A DNA stretch of 60,258 nt from Deltaproteobacteria bacterium (GTDB lineage Bacteria; Desulfobacterota; Desulfuromonadia; Desulfuromonadales; JAAYDE01), in the NCBI GenBank assembly GCA_016926265.1, contig JAFGOW010000025.1:1-60258 (forward strand). The letters are read 5' to 3'. Position numbers and translations under genes: made by a program. This document shows, in pieces, positions 12,829-22,629 of this stretch. Position 1 is the stretch's first letter. Each line of letters begins with the position of its first letter. The notes under the pieces were generated by a model. That model worked only from the letters and a program-made list of their open reading frames with translations, had not been told where the DNA came from and did not search any database.

Positions 12829-13020
12829 CCGGCCGCTGAGGGGTGCCGAAGCAAGCGGCCTAGAGTATTTTGCCGATCAGCCAATAGAGCAGCATCCCCA
12901 CCAACACCGTCCCCCCCAGGCTGCGGGTTTTCCAGGCGAAGACCAGGGTCGGCAGCGACGCCAACAGCTCCGGCTTGCCGAGGCTGAAATCCGGGCCTCG
13001 CAGAACAGGGTCGGGGCCAG
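12829..13020 (-). pseudogene. Duplicated 3' half of azlD with a 1-bp deletion, plus downstream flank
   Basis: Near-identical to 24558-24720 and 24379-24411. GCTGAAATCC versus GCTGAAACTCC frameshift. Confidence 0.9.
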
Positions 13021-13220
13021 GGCAATGCCAAACCGCCGCAGCATGCCCCCCGAACAGGTGGAGACGGCGCGGCCTGCGGCCTCGGTGAGGTTGACGCGAT
13101 CGAGAAACATCTCCACCTCGGCATGCCGTTCGCGGCGGCCGGTGCAGGCAAACCGCTCCAGCAAATCGGTTCCGGAGACGCCGGGGGAGGCCCCAATCTG
13201 CTGTGGAAGATAGCCAGGCC
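13021..13220 (-). pseudogene. Degenerate ABC-transporter ATPase fragment fused to the azlD copy
   Basis: Reads GYLPQQIG..LLERFA..FLDRVNL..STCSGGMLRRFGIAL (Q-loop to signature region), with no Walker A or B. Confidence 0.7.
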
Positions 13221-13264
13221 GGCGAAGCCGGCTGGATCAGCGAATCTCCGGGAACTTCCTAACT

Positions 13265-13603
13265 TCAACGGTTCTGCTGGTCAATGATTTCATCGACAAG
13301 CTGCATGAGGGCCGACCACGCCGGTTTGCCGTTGACCAGTTGCGCCGCCGCCCTGTCCTGGCTGGGACGGTCCATGTGCAGAAAAAGATAGTGTCGCAGG
13401 AAATCCCGCTTCTGAGCTTCGGACAGATCGCCGACGGAATCGTCGGCAATCGGCAGCTGAAACGGCTCTATCCCCATCTTGAAGCAGGCATATAGCACCG
13501 TCTTACACTGCGACCGTACCTGGTCGGGGTCGCACGAGCGGTTGCCGGTCAATTGCCGGATCAGTAATCTGAGCGCGGCCATGTTTTTCAGTCTATTGAG
13601 CAT
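13265..13603 (-). CDS. Hypothetical protein (112 aa)
   Basis: ATG at 13603 overlaps the end of the upstream MetH-like gene. No recognisable motif. Confidence 0.6.
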   Translation of the reverse strand: MLNRLKNMAALRLLIRQLTGNRSCDPDQVRSQCKTVLYACFKMGIEPFQLPIADDSVGDLSEAQKRDFLRHYLFLHMDRPSQDRAAAQLVNGKPAWSALMQLVDEIIDQQNR

Positions 13604-16061
13604 TGCCGTCGTCCTTTCCGGCAAGGTCTGGTGATGAGGAGACCAAGGTTTCGCCGCTGAATCGCTGGGCCAGCCGGACCGCGCCGATGGCATCGCTGGC
13701 GTAGCCGCTGGCCCCGATTTCATCGGCGTAATGCTGATCGACCACCGCGCCGCCGATCATGAACCGCACCCGCGAAAGCTCCTCGGCGCGGGCGAGATCG
13801 ATGACCTTTTTCATTTCCACCATGGTCGTGGTCATGAGCGCGGAAAGGCCGATAATGTCGGCCCCATGATGTTTTGCGGCGCGGATGATGTCTTCGGCCC
13901 GGACATCCTTGCCCAGATCGATGACGTCGAAGTTATAGTTTTTGAGCATCAGGGCGACGATATTTTTGCCGATGTCGTGAATATCACCCTGCACCGTGGC
14001 CAGCACCACCTTCGGCCCTTTCCGTACCTCCGCCCCATTGGCGGCGTTCAGAAACGGCTGCAGAACGGCAAACCCCTTGCGCATGGTATCGGCGCAGGTG
14101 ATGAGCTGTGGCAGGAAGTATTCCTTGCGGTCGAATCTGTCGCCGACCAGGTTGATGGCCGGGATAAGCCGGTCGTCCACCAGTAACCGCGGGGATTCGC
14201 CGTTATCAAGGGCGTTTCTGATGACCTGCTCCACGCCCTCTTCGTCGCCGTCCACCACCGCATCGAAAACCAGTTCGCCGGGCGTGCGGACGCCTTTTTT
14301 TTCCGGAGCGGAGCCGCTGCCCGCCTGCTGCCCGAAGCGGCCGATGTAGCGGCTCATGCGGGCATCCCGCGCGGCCAGGGCGTCCACGGCGCAGGCGGCG
14401 TTGAGCGTATATTCGCATGCCGTGTCGATGAATGCCGCGGTCAGCCCGCGGCCCGCGGCCATGCAGAGAAAGGTGCTGTCAAGCCATTGCCGCATTTCGA
14501 GACCATAGGTCAGATTCGATATCCCCGCCAGGGAACCGCAGCGGCCCGACCGCGCGCACCAGTCGATCAATTCGAGCGTACGCCGATGCGCCGCGGGGCC
14601 GCTCGCCGCGGTGAAAACCAGGCAATCCGCCAGGCAATCCTCCGGGGCGATGCCGTATCCGGCGGCACAGCAAACGATCTTTTCGATTCTTGCGATCGCC
14701 GCCTCCGTGCCCCCCCGTGTTCCTTTTTCATCCACCGGCATGCAGACGATCATGGCGCCGTAACGGGCGGCGACCTCGCACATGGCTTCCATGGCTCCGT
14801 TTTTCGCGCAGACGCTGTTGAGGATCCCCCTGCCGGGAAGCACGCGCAAGGCCTGCGCCGCGGCCTCGACATCGACCGTGTCAACGGCCACGGGCCTGCC
14901 GCAGGCCTTTACCGAAGCCAGCACGGCCGCCCGCATAGCCGCCGCTTCGTCGACTCCCGGCGCATGCACGTTGATGTCGATGATGGCGGCGCCCCGGCGC
15001 GCCTGTTCCTGCGCCATTTTCCTCACCAATGCCATATCCCCTTTGGCGAGGGCTGCCGCCAGGGCCGGATTCCCGGACGGGTTGATCCTGCCCCCGAACA
15101 GGGTCAGGGGGAGATCGGCGGCGATAAGGCTGGTTTCGCGGTAGGAAGAGGCGGCAGCGGTGCGTTTGCCGCCTGGCCCGGCAACGGCAAGGGCCGCGGT
15201 GCTGGCTTTGAGGGCGCGGATATAGTCGGGGTCGGTGCCGCAGCAGCCGCCCAGGATCGCGGCGCCCGCTTTCACCAGCTGCGGCATGTGGCCGCCGAAC
15301 TCCCACGGCGACATATCGAAGGTCGTTTTGCCGTTGACGAGGCGCGGCATACCGGCATTGGGCTTGGCCAGGAGCGGCACGCCGGCATGGGGTTTCATGG
15401 CGGCGATGACGTATGCCATGTCCTGGGGCCCGGTGGAGCAGTTGCAGCCCACCGCGTCGGCGCCGAGGGACTGGAGGGTGACCAGGGCCGAAAGCGGATC
15501 GGAGCCGTTCAGGGTGCGGCCGTCCGTGCCGAAGGTCATGCTGACCATCACCGGCAGATCACAGCTCTCCCTGACCGCGATCAGCGCGGCGCGGGCCTCC
15601 TGCAAATCCATCATGGTCTCTATGACGAAGCCGTCAACCCCCCCGGCGAGCAGGGCCCGGGCCTGTTCGGCATAGACCGCCACGGCCTCCTCGAAAGGCA
15701 GGTCCCCGAAGGGCTCAATGAACATTCCGGTCGGCGCCAGGTCCCCGAAGACCAGGGCCCGGTCCCGCACCGCCTCGCGGGAGATGCGGGCCAGGGCGGT
15801 ATTGATCTCCGCGGTCCGGTTTTCGAGTCCGAACTCCTGAAGCTTGAGCCGGTTGCCGCCAAAGGTGCAGCTGTATACGGCATCGCTGCCGGCATCCAGA
15901 TAGGTGCGCTGGATTTCCTGCAGCACGCGGGGATTTTCCAGGACCCAGGCCTCCGGTGAAACCCCGGTGGGCATCCCCTTGCGGGCCAGTTCGGTGCCGG
16001 TGGCGCCGTCCAGCACCAGCACCCGCCGGCCGACCATCTTTCTGAAGGCATCCCTGGTCAT
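13593..16061 (-). CDS. Methionine synthase-like protein: Hcy-binding + pterin-binding + cap + cobalamin-binding domains
   Basis: LDGATGT, GCNCS and GGCCGT Zn ligands, FLPQLI cap, GDIHDIGKN and GLSALMT B12 motifs. No activation domain. Confidence 0.93.
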   Translation of the reverse strand: MTRDAFRKMVGRRVLVLDGATGTELARKGMPTGVSPEAWVLENPRVLQEIQRTYLDAGSDAVYSCTFGGNRLKLQEFGLENRTAEINTALARISREAVRDRALVFGDLAPTGMFIEPFGDLPFEEAVAVYAEQARALLAGGVDGFVIETMMDLQEARAALIAVRESCDLPVMVSMTFGTDGRTLNGSDPLSALVTLQSLGADAVGCNCSTGPQDMAYVIAAMKPHAGVPLLAKPNAGMPRLVNGKTTFDMSPWEFGGHMPQLVKAGAAILGGCCGTDPDYIRALKASTAALAVAGPGGKRTAAASSYRETSLIAADLPLTLFGGRINPSGNPALAAALAKGDMALVRKMAQEQARRGAAIIDINVHAPGVDEAAAMRAAVLASVKACGRPVAVDTVDVEAAAQALRVLPGRGILNSVCAKNGAMEAMCEVAARYGAMIVCMPVDEKGTRGGTEAAIARIEKIVCCAAGYGIAPEDCLADCLVFTAASGPAAHRRTLELIDWCARSGRCGSLAGISNLTYGLEMRQWLDSTFLCMAAGRGLTAAFIDTACEYTLNAACAVDALAARDARMSRYIGRFGQQAGSGSAPEKKGVRTPGELVFDAVVDGDEEGVEQVIRNALDNGESPRLLVDDRLIPAINLVGDRFDRKEYFLPQLITCADTMRKGFAVLQPFLNAANGAEVRKGPKVVLATVQGDIHDIGKNIVALMLKNYNFDVIDLGKDVRAEDIIRAAKHHGADIIGLSALMTTTMVEMKKVIDLARAEELSRVRFMIGGAVVDQHYADEIGASGYASDAIGAVRLAQRFSGETLVSSSPDLAGKDDGNAQ

Positions 16062-17752
16062 GACGGCCCTCCGGAAAAGTTCCCGCGCCGCAGCAGCATG
16101 CCGGCGTCATGACCCCGCAAGGCGTTGCAGGCCTGGACCGTCGCCATGATGCTGTCCGACGAGGGATTGGCAATGGCCATGGTCAGGCCCCGCCCCATGG
16201 CCATGCCCAGAAACGCGCCGTTGATCCATTGCCGCTCGGGCATGCCGAAGGAGACATTGGAGAGCCCGACAATGGTATTGGCCTGGAGGGTTTGGGAACA
16301 CCAGGAAATCAGATCGAGGGTATCCCTGGCCGCCTCGGGGTTGGAACTGATGGTCATGACCAGGCCGTCGACCACGATGTCGTCCACCGTGCAGCCGTAG
16401 GAGGCGGCGGCCGCCAGGATGGTATCGATGACCGCAATCCGTTCCCGGACCGTGGCGGGGATACCGGCATCGGTAAGGGGGAGCACGATGAACATGGCTC
16501 CGTATCTGGCCGCCGCCGGCAGGGTGCGCTCGATACGCTCCCGTTCCCCGGAGACGGAGTTGACCAGGGCGCGGCCCGGGTAGCGGCGCAACGCGGCCTC
16601 GGCCACCTCGGGCCGGGTGGTGTCGATGCACAGCGGCAGGGGCGACAGGCGCGACAAGAGCCCCACGGCGCGCAGCATCATGGCCATTTCGTCAATACCG
16701 GAAAGGCCCATGTTGACATCGAGCACCGCAGCACGCCGCTGCTCCTGCTCGATGGCAAACTGTTGCACCATGTCGAGACTCCCCTCCCGCAGGCTTGCCT
16801 GGAGCTGCTTTTTGCCGGTGGGATTGATGCGTTCGCCGACGATGGCAAAGGGATGCTCCGGACCCGGGAAGAGCGTGCTCCGGCAGGATGAAAGCGCGCT
16901 GAGTGACTTTTTCAGGGCGGGACGCACCGCTTCGCCGCAGATGCGGCCGCCCAGCGCCGCCATGTGTTCGGCCGTGGCGTGCCGGTCGCCGGCGACCAGG
17001 TTGGCCCCGGCGCGAACCAGCGCCGGCCCCAGGGCGGCGTACGCCTCCGGACCGCTGTCCCTTGTCGCGGGCACGGCGCCCAACGGCACGGTGGCGAAGG
17101 GTTTGACCGCGGCGATGATGGATGCGATGGCCAGGCCGGGGTCCCCAGCGCCGAACCCTACCGCATCGGCCTTCAGCGACTGGAGCGTCACCAGCGCGGA
17201 GACAGGGTCGGTGCCTCCCTGCGTGCGTCCCTGCGGGCCGATGCTCATCTCCACGATCACGGGGAAATCGCCGAGTTCGCGCAGGGCGATGAGCGCCGCC
17301 CGCGCTTCCTGGATGTCGTTCATGGCGGCGACGATAAAACCTTCGGCGCCGCCATCGGCAAGGGCCTTTGCCTGTTCCCCGTAGCAGGCCACGGCTTCCT
17401 CGAAATCGAGATCCCCGAAGGGCTCGATTCTCCTCCCAATGATCGAACAGGTGCCGAAAACGGGGAAACTGCCCAGGGTCGCACGGCAGCGGCGCATGAG
17501 TTCCCGGTTGATCTCCCCGGTCTGTGAGGCAAGGCCGAAGGCGCCGAGCCGCAGCCGGTTGGCCCCCGCGCTCGGACAGCGGACGATGTCGCAGCCGGCA
17601 TCCCTGAAGCTGACAAGCGCCGAGGCGGCCACCTCGAAATGTTCCAGCAGCCATTTTTCGGGGCACTCCCGGGCACCGCACCCGGCTGTCGGAACGGCGT
17701 CGAGCAACAGCGGACCTCTTGCCGCCAATTGATGAAAGTCTTTGCGGTTCAT
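16058..17752 (-). CDS. MetH-like protein: degenerate Hcy domain + canonical pterin-binding domain
   Basis: ATG 17752 overlaps upstream stop (ATGA). IVGERINPTGKK, LDVNMG, GLSNVSFG present; Zn-ligand Cys absent. Confidence 0.88.
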   Translation of the reverse strand: MNRKDFHQLAARGPLLLDAVPTAGCGARECPEKWLLEHFEVAASALVSFRDAGCDIVRCPSAGANRLRLGAFGLASQTGEINRELMRRCRATLGSFPVFGTCSIIGRRIEPFGDLDFEEAVACYGEQAKALADGGAEGFIVAAMNDIQEARAALIALRELGDFPVIVEMSIGPQGRTQGGTDPVSALVTLQSLKADAVGFGAGDPGLAIASIIAAVKPFATVPLGAVPATRDSGPEAYAALGPALVRAGANLVAGDRHATAEHMAALGGRICGEAVRPALKKSLSALSSCRSTLFPGPEHPFAIVGERINPTGKKQLQASLREGSLDMVQQFAIEQEQRRAAVLDVNMGLSGIDEMAMMLRAVGLLSRLSPLPLCIDTTRPEVAEAALRRYPGRALVNSVSGERERIERTLPAAARYGAMFIVLPLTDAGIPATVRERIAVIDTILAAAASYGCTVDDIVVDGLVMTISSNPEAARDTLDLISWCSQTLQANTIVGLSNVSFGMPERQWINGAFLGMAMGRGLTMAIANPSSDSIMATVQACNALRGHDAGMLLRRGNFSGGPS

Positions 17753-18396
17753 GGATCCCGTACCGATGGAAACGCTGGTTCGATGCCCGCCACCGCGGTG
17801 ACCGATTTTTCGGGAACGAGCATGAAACGCGAGGTGAGCTGCAGACCGAGGCGGTCGAGTTCGAGCAGCGCGTGGAACAGCTTCTGGTTCTCCAGGCTGA
17901 AATCGCCGAATCCGGGGGAAAACCGGTGCGGTGTAAGCCGTTCGGCGCTCCGGCTCACCTGCCCGCGGACGAATTCGTTGATCCAGCTCATGGCCGCATC
18001 CGCGCTCTGGCCTCCCACCGCATCGAGAATGACCGCGGTTGCCCCATCGCCGCGCACCATGGCGTCGGCAGCGGCCTCGACAATGGCGGGGCCGGCGGTG
18101 GAGGCCATCATGACGACGGCAAGGCTGTCCTTCAGCAAATCCGCCAGGGAGCGGCTTTTCAGCAGCGCTCCACCCTCCAACAGGATCCCGTCGTTGTTTT
18201 TCTCCACAATGGGGATGCGCCGCCAGCACCCCTGTATCTCACAAAGAGCGAAACTCGCCGCAATGGTTTCCTCCAGTTTTTCCCGTTGCCTGCCGGATAA
18301 TACGGTCTTACTGCTGCGGTACCCGAGGCGCGTCAGTACCCTCTTTAAGGGTACTTCCATGGGGATGGATCGGAAAAAAACCACCGGTGCGATCAT
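17749..18396 (-). CDS. Stand-alone MetH activation (AdoMet-binding) domain
   Basis: RFSPGFGDF..NQ, MLVPEKSVTAVAG. Confidence 0.88.
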   Translation of the reverse strand: MIAPVVFFRSIPMEVPLKRVLTRLGYRSSKTVLSGRQREKLEETIAASFALCEIQGCWRRIPIVEKNNDGILLEGGALLKSRSLADLLKDSLAVVMMASTAGPAIVEAAADAMVRGDGATAVILDAVGGQSADAAMSWINEFVRGQVSRSAERLTPHRFSPGFGDFSLENQKLFHALLELDRLGLQLTSRFMLVPEKSVTAVAGIEPAFPSVRDP

Positions 18397-18836
18397 CCGT
18401 AGTAAACCTTGTCTTCAACGCGAAACTCGCGCAATGATTCCGGGGGCCTGCCTTCCCGCAGTGACGCGATCAACTCCATCCATTGCCCATCGCTCCATTC
18501 ATGCACCCTTTTCCAGGCGGAAAACGAGGTGGCCCGGTTATAGCTTCGCGCATTGCCGTTTTGGTATACGCAGGCAAAGACCCGGAATCTACAGGCGCCG
18601 TTGCATCCGCATCGCGTCACCTTGATCCGGTCGTCGCCTTTGTCGCAGCCCATGGCCTTGACCAACGCCCGCACCTTCCCGGCCAGGTCGTCTGAATGGC
18701 AGCTTCGGCAGCGCTCGCCGTCGCAGATGAAAATTTGGGCCGCCGCAAACATTATCGGTTTTTCGGGATCAGCGGTTTCCGGCTTGCAGGCAAACCCCGC
18801 CGCCACCTCCGAACCCAGGGGATTTATCCTGGACAT
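18393..18836 (-). CDS. Thioredoxin-like [2Fe-2S] ferredoxin
   Basis: IFICDGERC...RCGCNGAC cysteine pattern. Confidence 0.8.
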   Translation of the reverse strand: MSRINPLGSEVAAGFACKPETADPEKPIMFAAAQIFICDGERCRSCHSDDLAGKVRALVKAMGCDKGDDRIKVTRCGCNGACRFRVFACVYQNGNARSYNRATSFSAWKRVHEWSDGQWMELIASLREGRPPESLREFRVEDKVYYG

Positions 18837-18845
18837 GCACTCTCC

Positions 18846-19637
18846 CTATGGATTTTTGTCGGGCGTGTTGCGCCGCAGCAGGTAGGTATCCATGATCCAG
18901 CCCTTTTCGGCCTTTTTGGCCTTGCGGATCCGCTCGATGTCCGGCAGCAATGCCTTCAGCTTTCCGGAGACGAGCACCTCGTCTTCCATGCCCAGGTAAG
19001 CGCCCCAATAGATATCGATGTCGTCGGGGAGGGAGCCCAGATCCATGTCGGCATCAAGAAAGACCACCAGATTGTCCACATGGTCCGGGAAGCCCCCGGC
19101 CAACCGGCGTCCGGTCGTGATCTGTATGGCTTCGCCGATGCGGTTCAGCGCGATCCGGTGCCGTGCCGCCAAGGCCTGCATGCTGCTGATGCCGGGAATG
19201 ACTTCATACTCGAACCTCACCCGGCCTTCGGCAAGGATACGCTCCAGAATCGGCAGCGTGCCGTCGTACAGCGCCGGGTCGCCCCAGACCAGAAACGCCC
19301 CGCATTCGCCCTTCTTCATCTCATCGGCGATCAGCGACCGGTAGAGATCCCCTCTTTTGGCGCGCCAGGAGTCCACATCCGTCCGGTAGCAAGGGTCGGC
19401 CGCGTCGCGCACCGGATCGGGCACTTCGACCCACCGGTAGGCCGGGTTCACGATGAAGCGTTGACAAATCTCTCTGCGGATGCGGTTCAGATCGCCTTTT
19501 TCCCGCCCCTTGTCGACGATGAAGAAGACATCCACCTGGCTCAACGCGTTGACGGCCTGGATCGTGAGGTAATCGGGATTCCCCGCCCCGATGCCGATCA
19601 CCAGGATTTTTTTCGTTGCGCGTGGTTCTCCGGCCAT
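18846..19637 (-). CDS. cobF: Precorrin-6A synthase (deacetylating)
   Basis: VIGIGAGNPDYLTIQAV, FLVWGDPALYD, VIPGISS, IYWGAYLG, GWIMDTYLLR. Confidence 0.92.
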   Translation of the reverse strand: MAGEPRATKKILVIGIGAGNPDYLTIQAVNALSQVDVFFIVDKGREKGDLNRIRREICQRFIVNPAYRWVEVPDPVRDAADPCYRTDVDSWRAKRGDLYRSLIADEMKKGECGAFLVWGDPALYDGTLPILERILAEGRVRFEYEVIPGISSMQALAARHRIALNRIGEAIQITTGRRLAGGFPDHVDNLVVFLDADMDLGSLPDDIDIYWGAYLGMEDEVLVSGKLKALLPDIERIRKAKKAEKGWIMDTYLLRRNTPDKNP

Positions 19638-19707
19638 GGCCAGCCTCCGTTTTTAAGCAAATCTTTGTGCGGGTCATCGGGCACCCCTTTAACATGTCTT
19701 GCCACCC

Positions 19708-21930
19708 TCAAGCATCGGGACCGACAGTCCTGCCCGGCTCCCGAAAAAACCGCCGCTCGGCATGTTCGGCCTTTTTGCCGGTGTTGAAGGAGGTCACCGG
19801 CCGCAAGTAGCCCATGACCCGGGTCCAGACCTCGCAAGGCTGGCGCTTTTCCGGAAGAAGTTCAGCGCCCGTGGTTTGCCCGCTGCTCAGGTTGTCCCCT
19901 TGCTGTTTGAGTTGCCGTCCCAGCTCACGGTCGCAAAGGGGGCAGAAGGGATGCTCCCCGCTGAGATAGCCGTGGATCGGGCAGATGGAAAAGGTCGGGG
20001 TGACGGTGATGTACGGCAGCCGGAATTGCTCCAGGGAACGCCGGACCAGGGTCTTGCACGCCTCGATGGAAGAGACCTGCTCCCCCAGGTAGAGGTGCAG
20101 CACCGTGCCGCCGGTATACTTGCCTTGCAGCTCTTCCTGGCGCCGCAACGCCTCGAAGGGGTCGTCGGTAAACCCCACCGGCAGTTGCGAAGAGTTGGTG
20201 TAGTAGGGGGCCTCGGCGGTGCCGGCCTGAATGATGCCGGGAAAGCGTTTTTTATCTTCGCGGGCGAAACGGTAGGTGGTCCCCTCCGCCGGGGTTGCCT
20301 CCAGGTTGTACATGTGGCCGGTCTCATCCTGAAAGCCGACCATCCGCTCACGCAGGTGGTCCAGCAGCTTCACAGCCAGCCCGTGCCCCTCGGGAGTGGT
20401 GATGTCCTCCCGGTCGGCGGTGAAATTGCGGATCATTTCGTTCACCCCGTTGATGCCGATGGTGGAGAAATGGTTGCGCAGGGTGCCGAGATAGCGCTGG
20501 GTGTAGGGAAAGAGGCCGCTGTCCATTCGCCGCTGGATCGCCTTGCGCTTGATCTCCAGACTGTTTTTCCCCAGTTCCAGCAGCTGGTCGAGGCGTCTGT
20601 ACAGGCCCGTCTCATCCCCCCGGTGCTCATACCCCAGGCGGGCGCAGTTGATGGTGACCACGCCGATGGAGCCGGTCTGCTCGGCCGAGCCGAACAGGCC
20701 GTTGCCCCGCTTCAGGAGCTCCCGCAAATCCAGTTGCAGGCGGCAGCACATGGAGCGGACCATGTTGGGCTTGAGTTCCGAGTTGACGAAGTTCTGGAAG
20801 TAGGGGAGGCCGTATTTGGCGGTCATCTCGAAAAGACATGCAGCGTTTTCGCTCTCCCAGGGAAAGTCGGGGGTGATGTTGTAGGTGGGGATCGGAAAGG
20901 TGAAGACCCGCCCCTTGGCATCCCCGGTCGTCATCACCTCGATATAGGCCCGGTTGATCAGGTCCATCTCCATCTGCAGTTCACCGTAGGTGAAGGGCAT
21001 CTCCTTGCCGCCGATTACGGGCACCTGGTGCTTCAGGTCGTCCGGGCAGGTCCAGTCGAAGGTCAGGTTGGTGAAGGGGGTCTGGGTCCCCCAGCGGGAA
21101 GGGACATTCAGGTTGAAAATCAACTCCTGGATGTTCTGCCGAACCTCGTTGTAGGAGAGCCGGTCCGTGCGCACGAAGGGGGCCATGTAGGTGTCGAAGG
21201 AGCTGAAGGCCTGGGCTCCGGCCCACTCGTTCTGCAGGGTGCCGAGGAAGTTTACGATCTGCCCCACGGCGCTGGACATGTGCTTGGGCGGGGAAGCCTC
21301 GACCTTGCCCGGCACGCCGTTGAACCCTTCGGCCAGGAGCGTGCGCAGGGACCATCCGGCGCAGTAGCCGGAGAGCATGTCGAGGTCGTGGATGTGGATG
21401 CTGCCGTCCCGGTGGGCCGCGCCAACCTCCGGGGGATAGACGTGGTTGAGCCAGTAGTTGGCCGTCACCTTGCCGGATACATTGAGGATCAGCCCGCCCA
21501 GGGAATACCCCTGGTTGGCGTTGGCGTTGACCCGCCAGTCGGACTGATCGAGATATTCGTTGATGGAGGCGGACACGTCCACCACGGTCTTCTTGTCCTG
21601 GCGGAGCTTGTGGCGCTGCTCGCGGTAGACCGCGTAGGCCCGCAGGGTGGCGAAATGATTGGCTGAAATCAGGGCCTGCTCGACGATATCCTGAATCTGT
21701 TCCACCTGGGGAACGGCCGCGGAAAAGCGATGGCGCAGGACCTTGAGCACCTGCCGGGTCAGAAGCCACCCCTCCTCCTCATCGAACTCGCCGGTGGCGC
21801 GCCCGGCCTTGAGAATGGCCGCCTGGATCTTGGCCTCATCGAACGGCGCGGTCGTGCCGTCACGGCGAACGACCTGAACGGGAATCGGCGGAAGATGCGG
21901 CACCGTTGCGGGGAACGACGACAGCTGCAT
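19708..21930 (-). CDS. nrdD: Class III anaerobic ribonucleoside-triphosphate reductase with ATP cone
   Basis: VVRRDG ATP cone, IHIHDL, SMCCRL, EATPAEG, CPIH..CPLC, glycyl-radical motif RVMGYLRP. ATG 21930 after AAGGAG. Confidence 0.95.
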   Translation of the reverse strand: MQLSSFPATVPHLPPIPVQVVRRDGTTAPFDEAKIQAAILKAGRATGEFDEEEGWLLTRQVLKVLRHRFSAAVPQVEQIQDIVEQALISANHFATLRAYAVYREQRHKLRQDKKTVVDVSASINEYLDQSDWRVNANANQGYSLGGLILNVSGKVTANYWLNHVYPPEVGAAHRDGSIHIHDLDMLSGYCAGWSLRTLLAEGFNGVPGKVEASPPKHMSSAVGQIVNFLGTLQNEWAGAQAFSSFDTYMAPFVRTDRLSYNEVRQNIQELIFNLNVPSRWGTQTPFTNLTFDWTCPDDLKHQVPVIGGKEMPFTYGELQMEMDLINRAYIEVMTTGDAKGRVFTFPIPTYNITPDFPWESENAACLFEMTAKYGLPYFQNFVNSELKPNMVRSMCCRLQLDLRELLKRGNGLFGSAEQTGSIGVVTINCARLGYEHRGDETGLYRRLDQLLELGKNSLEIKRKAIQRRMDSGLFPYTQRYLGTLRNHFSTIGINGVNEMIRNFTADREDITTPEGHGLAVKLLDHLRERMVGFQDETGHMYNLEATPAEGTTYRFAREDKKRFPGIIQAGTAEAPYYTNSSQLPVGFTDDPFEALRRQEELQGKYTGGTVLHLYLGEQVSSIEACKTLVRRSLEQFRLPYITVTPTFSICPIHGYLSGEHPFCPLCDRELGRQLKQQGDNLSSGQTTGAELLPEKRQPCEVWTRVMGYLRPVTSFNTGKKAEHAERRFFREPGRTVGPDA

Positions 21931-21990
21931 GGGAACGCTCCTTTCAAGGTGGCTGGTTTCCCGGGGAAAGGAACAGGTTAGCACAGAGCG

Positions 21991-22025
21991 AAAAAAGTCC
22001 GCATGCGCCGAAGCGACATGCGGAC
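21991..22025 (-). terminator. Intrinsic terminator in the nrdD leader (riboswitch expression platform)
   Basis: GTCCGCATG-TCGCTTCGGCG-CATGCGGAC followed by TTTTTT. Confidence 0.75.
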
Positions 22026-22221
22026 CTTCCGAATTCAAAGCCCTGTCTGCCGGATACCACGCTCCCGATCCCCGGGGAGTTCTTCCAGGCCCGCACCAGG
22101 GTCCTCTCTTCGCTGGCTCGTCTTCGACGGCCCAACGTACCTGTTGGTACGCCTCACCATCTTCGCCCGCGCCGCCTTGAGGTTCTCCTTGATCCAGACC
22201 CGGCAGTAAGTGTGGCTTCAA

Positions 22222-22395
22222 TCAAAGGCAGGTCTTCTGGCTCGCGATTCATCCTCCGGGCAGTCTTCCCGATCAAGGTGATCAGTGACCTCTTGGCCCT
22301 TTGTCCTCGCTCACAGCGGCGGGTCCGCGGGGGAATGGCCCAACCATCGAGCGTCACCCCTCTTCCCTATCAAGCCCTCGCGGGCACCCTGATCG
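22222..22395 (-). ncRNA. Cobalamin riboswitch
   Basis: GGTGCCC..ATAGGGAA..GGTGA..CCGCCGCTGTGA..CACTG..GGGAAG..B12 box GAGCCAGAAGACCTGCC. Confidence 0.92.
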
Positions 22396-22407
22396 AATAT
22401 TTAATTT

Positions 22408-22454
22408 TCCCTACATATAGTCATGAATTAATATCACACTACTATATATAGCGT
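22408..22454. promoter_or_regulatory. Tandem NrdR boxes overlapping the nrdD promoter
   Basis: TCCCTACATATAGTCA (22408) and CTACTATATATAGCGT (22439), 31 bp apart. TTGACG -35 on the minus strand at 22457-22452. Confidence 0.85.
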
Positions 22455-22629
22455 CAATCGGTTTCTGGCCGGGATGAAGGCCCAGCCGCGGTAAAAGTCA
22501 CCGGGTCATGGTCCGACAACTCCCTACCTCATGATTTTAAAACCGGTCTGCCAACGGGAAATATTCAATAGAAGCAAAAAGGGAGAGAACCCCTTGGACG
22601 CGGAGCAAAAACAGGTTGGTTTTTTCCCA

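Noticed and set aside
16058-18229. 723-aa version of the MetH-like ORF
   Set aside because: The extension overlaps the activation-domain gene. ATG 17752 gives a clean ATGA coupling.
19640-19715. Possible nrdG stub or truncated second B12 riboswitch between nrdD and cobF
   Set aside because: Only a few matching bases. No CxxxCxxC motif and no B12 box.
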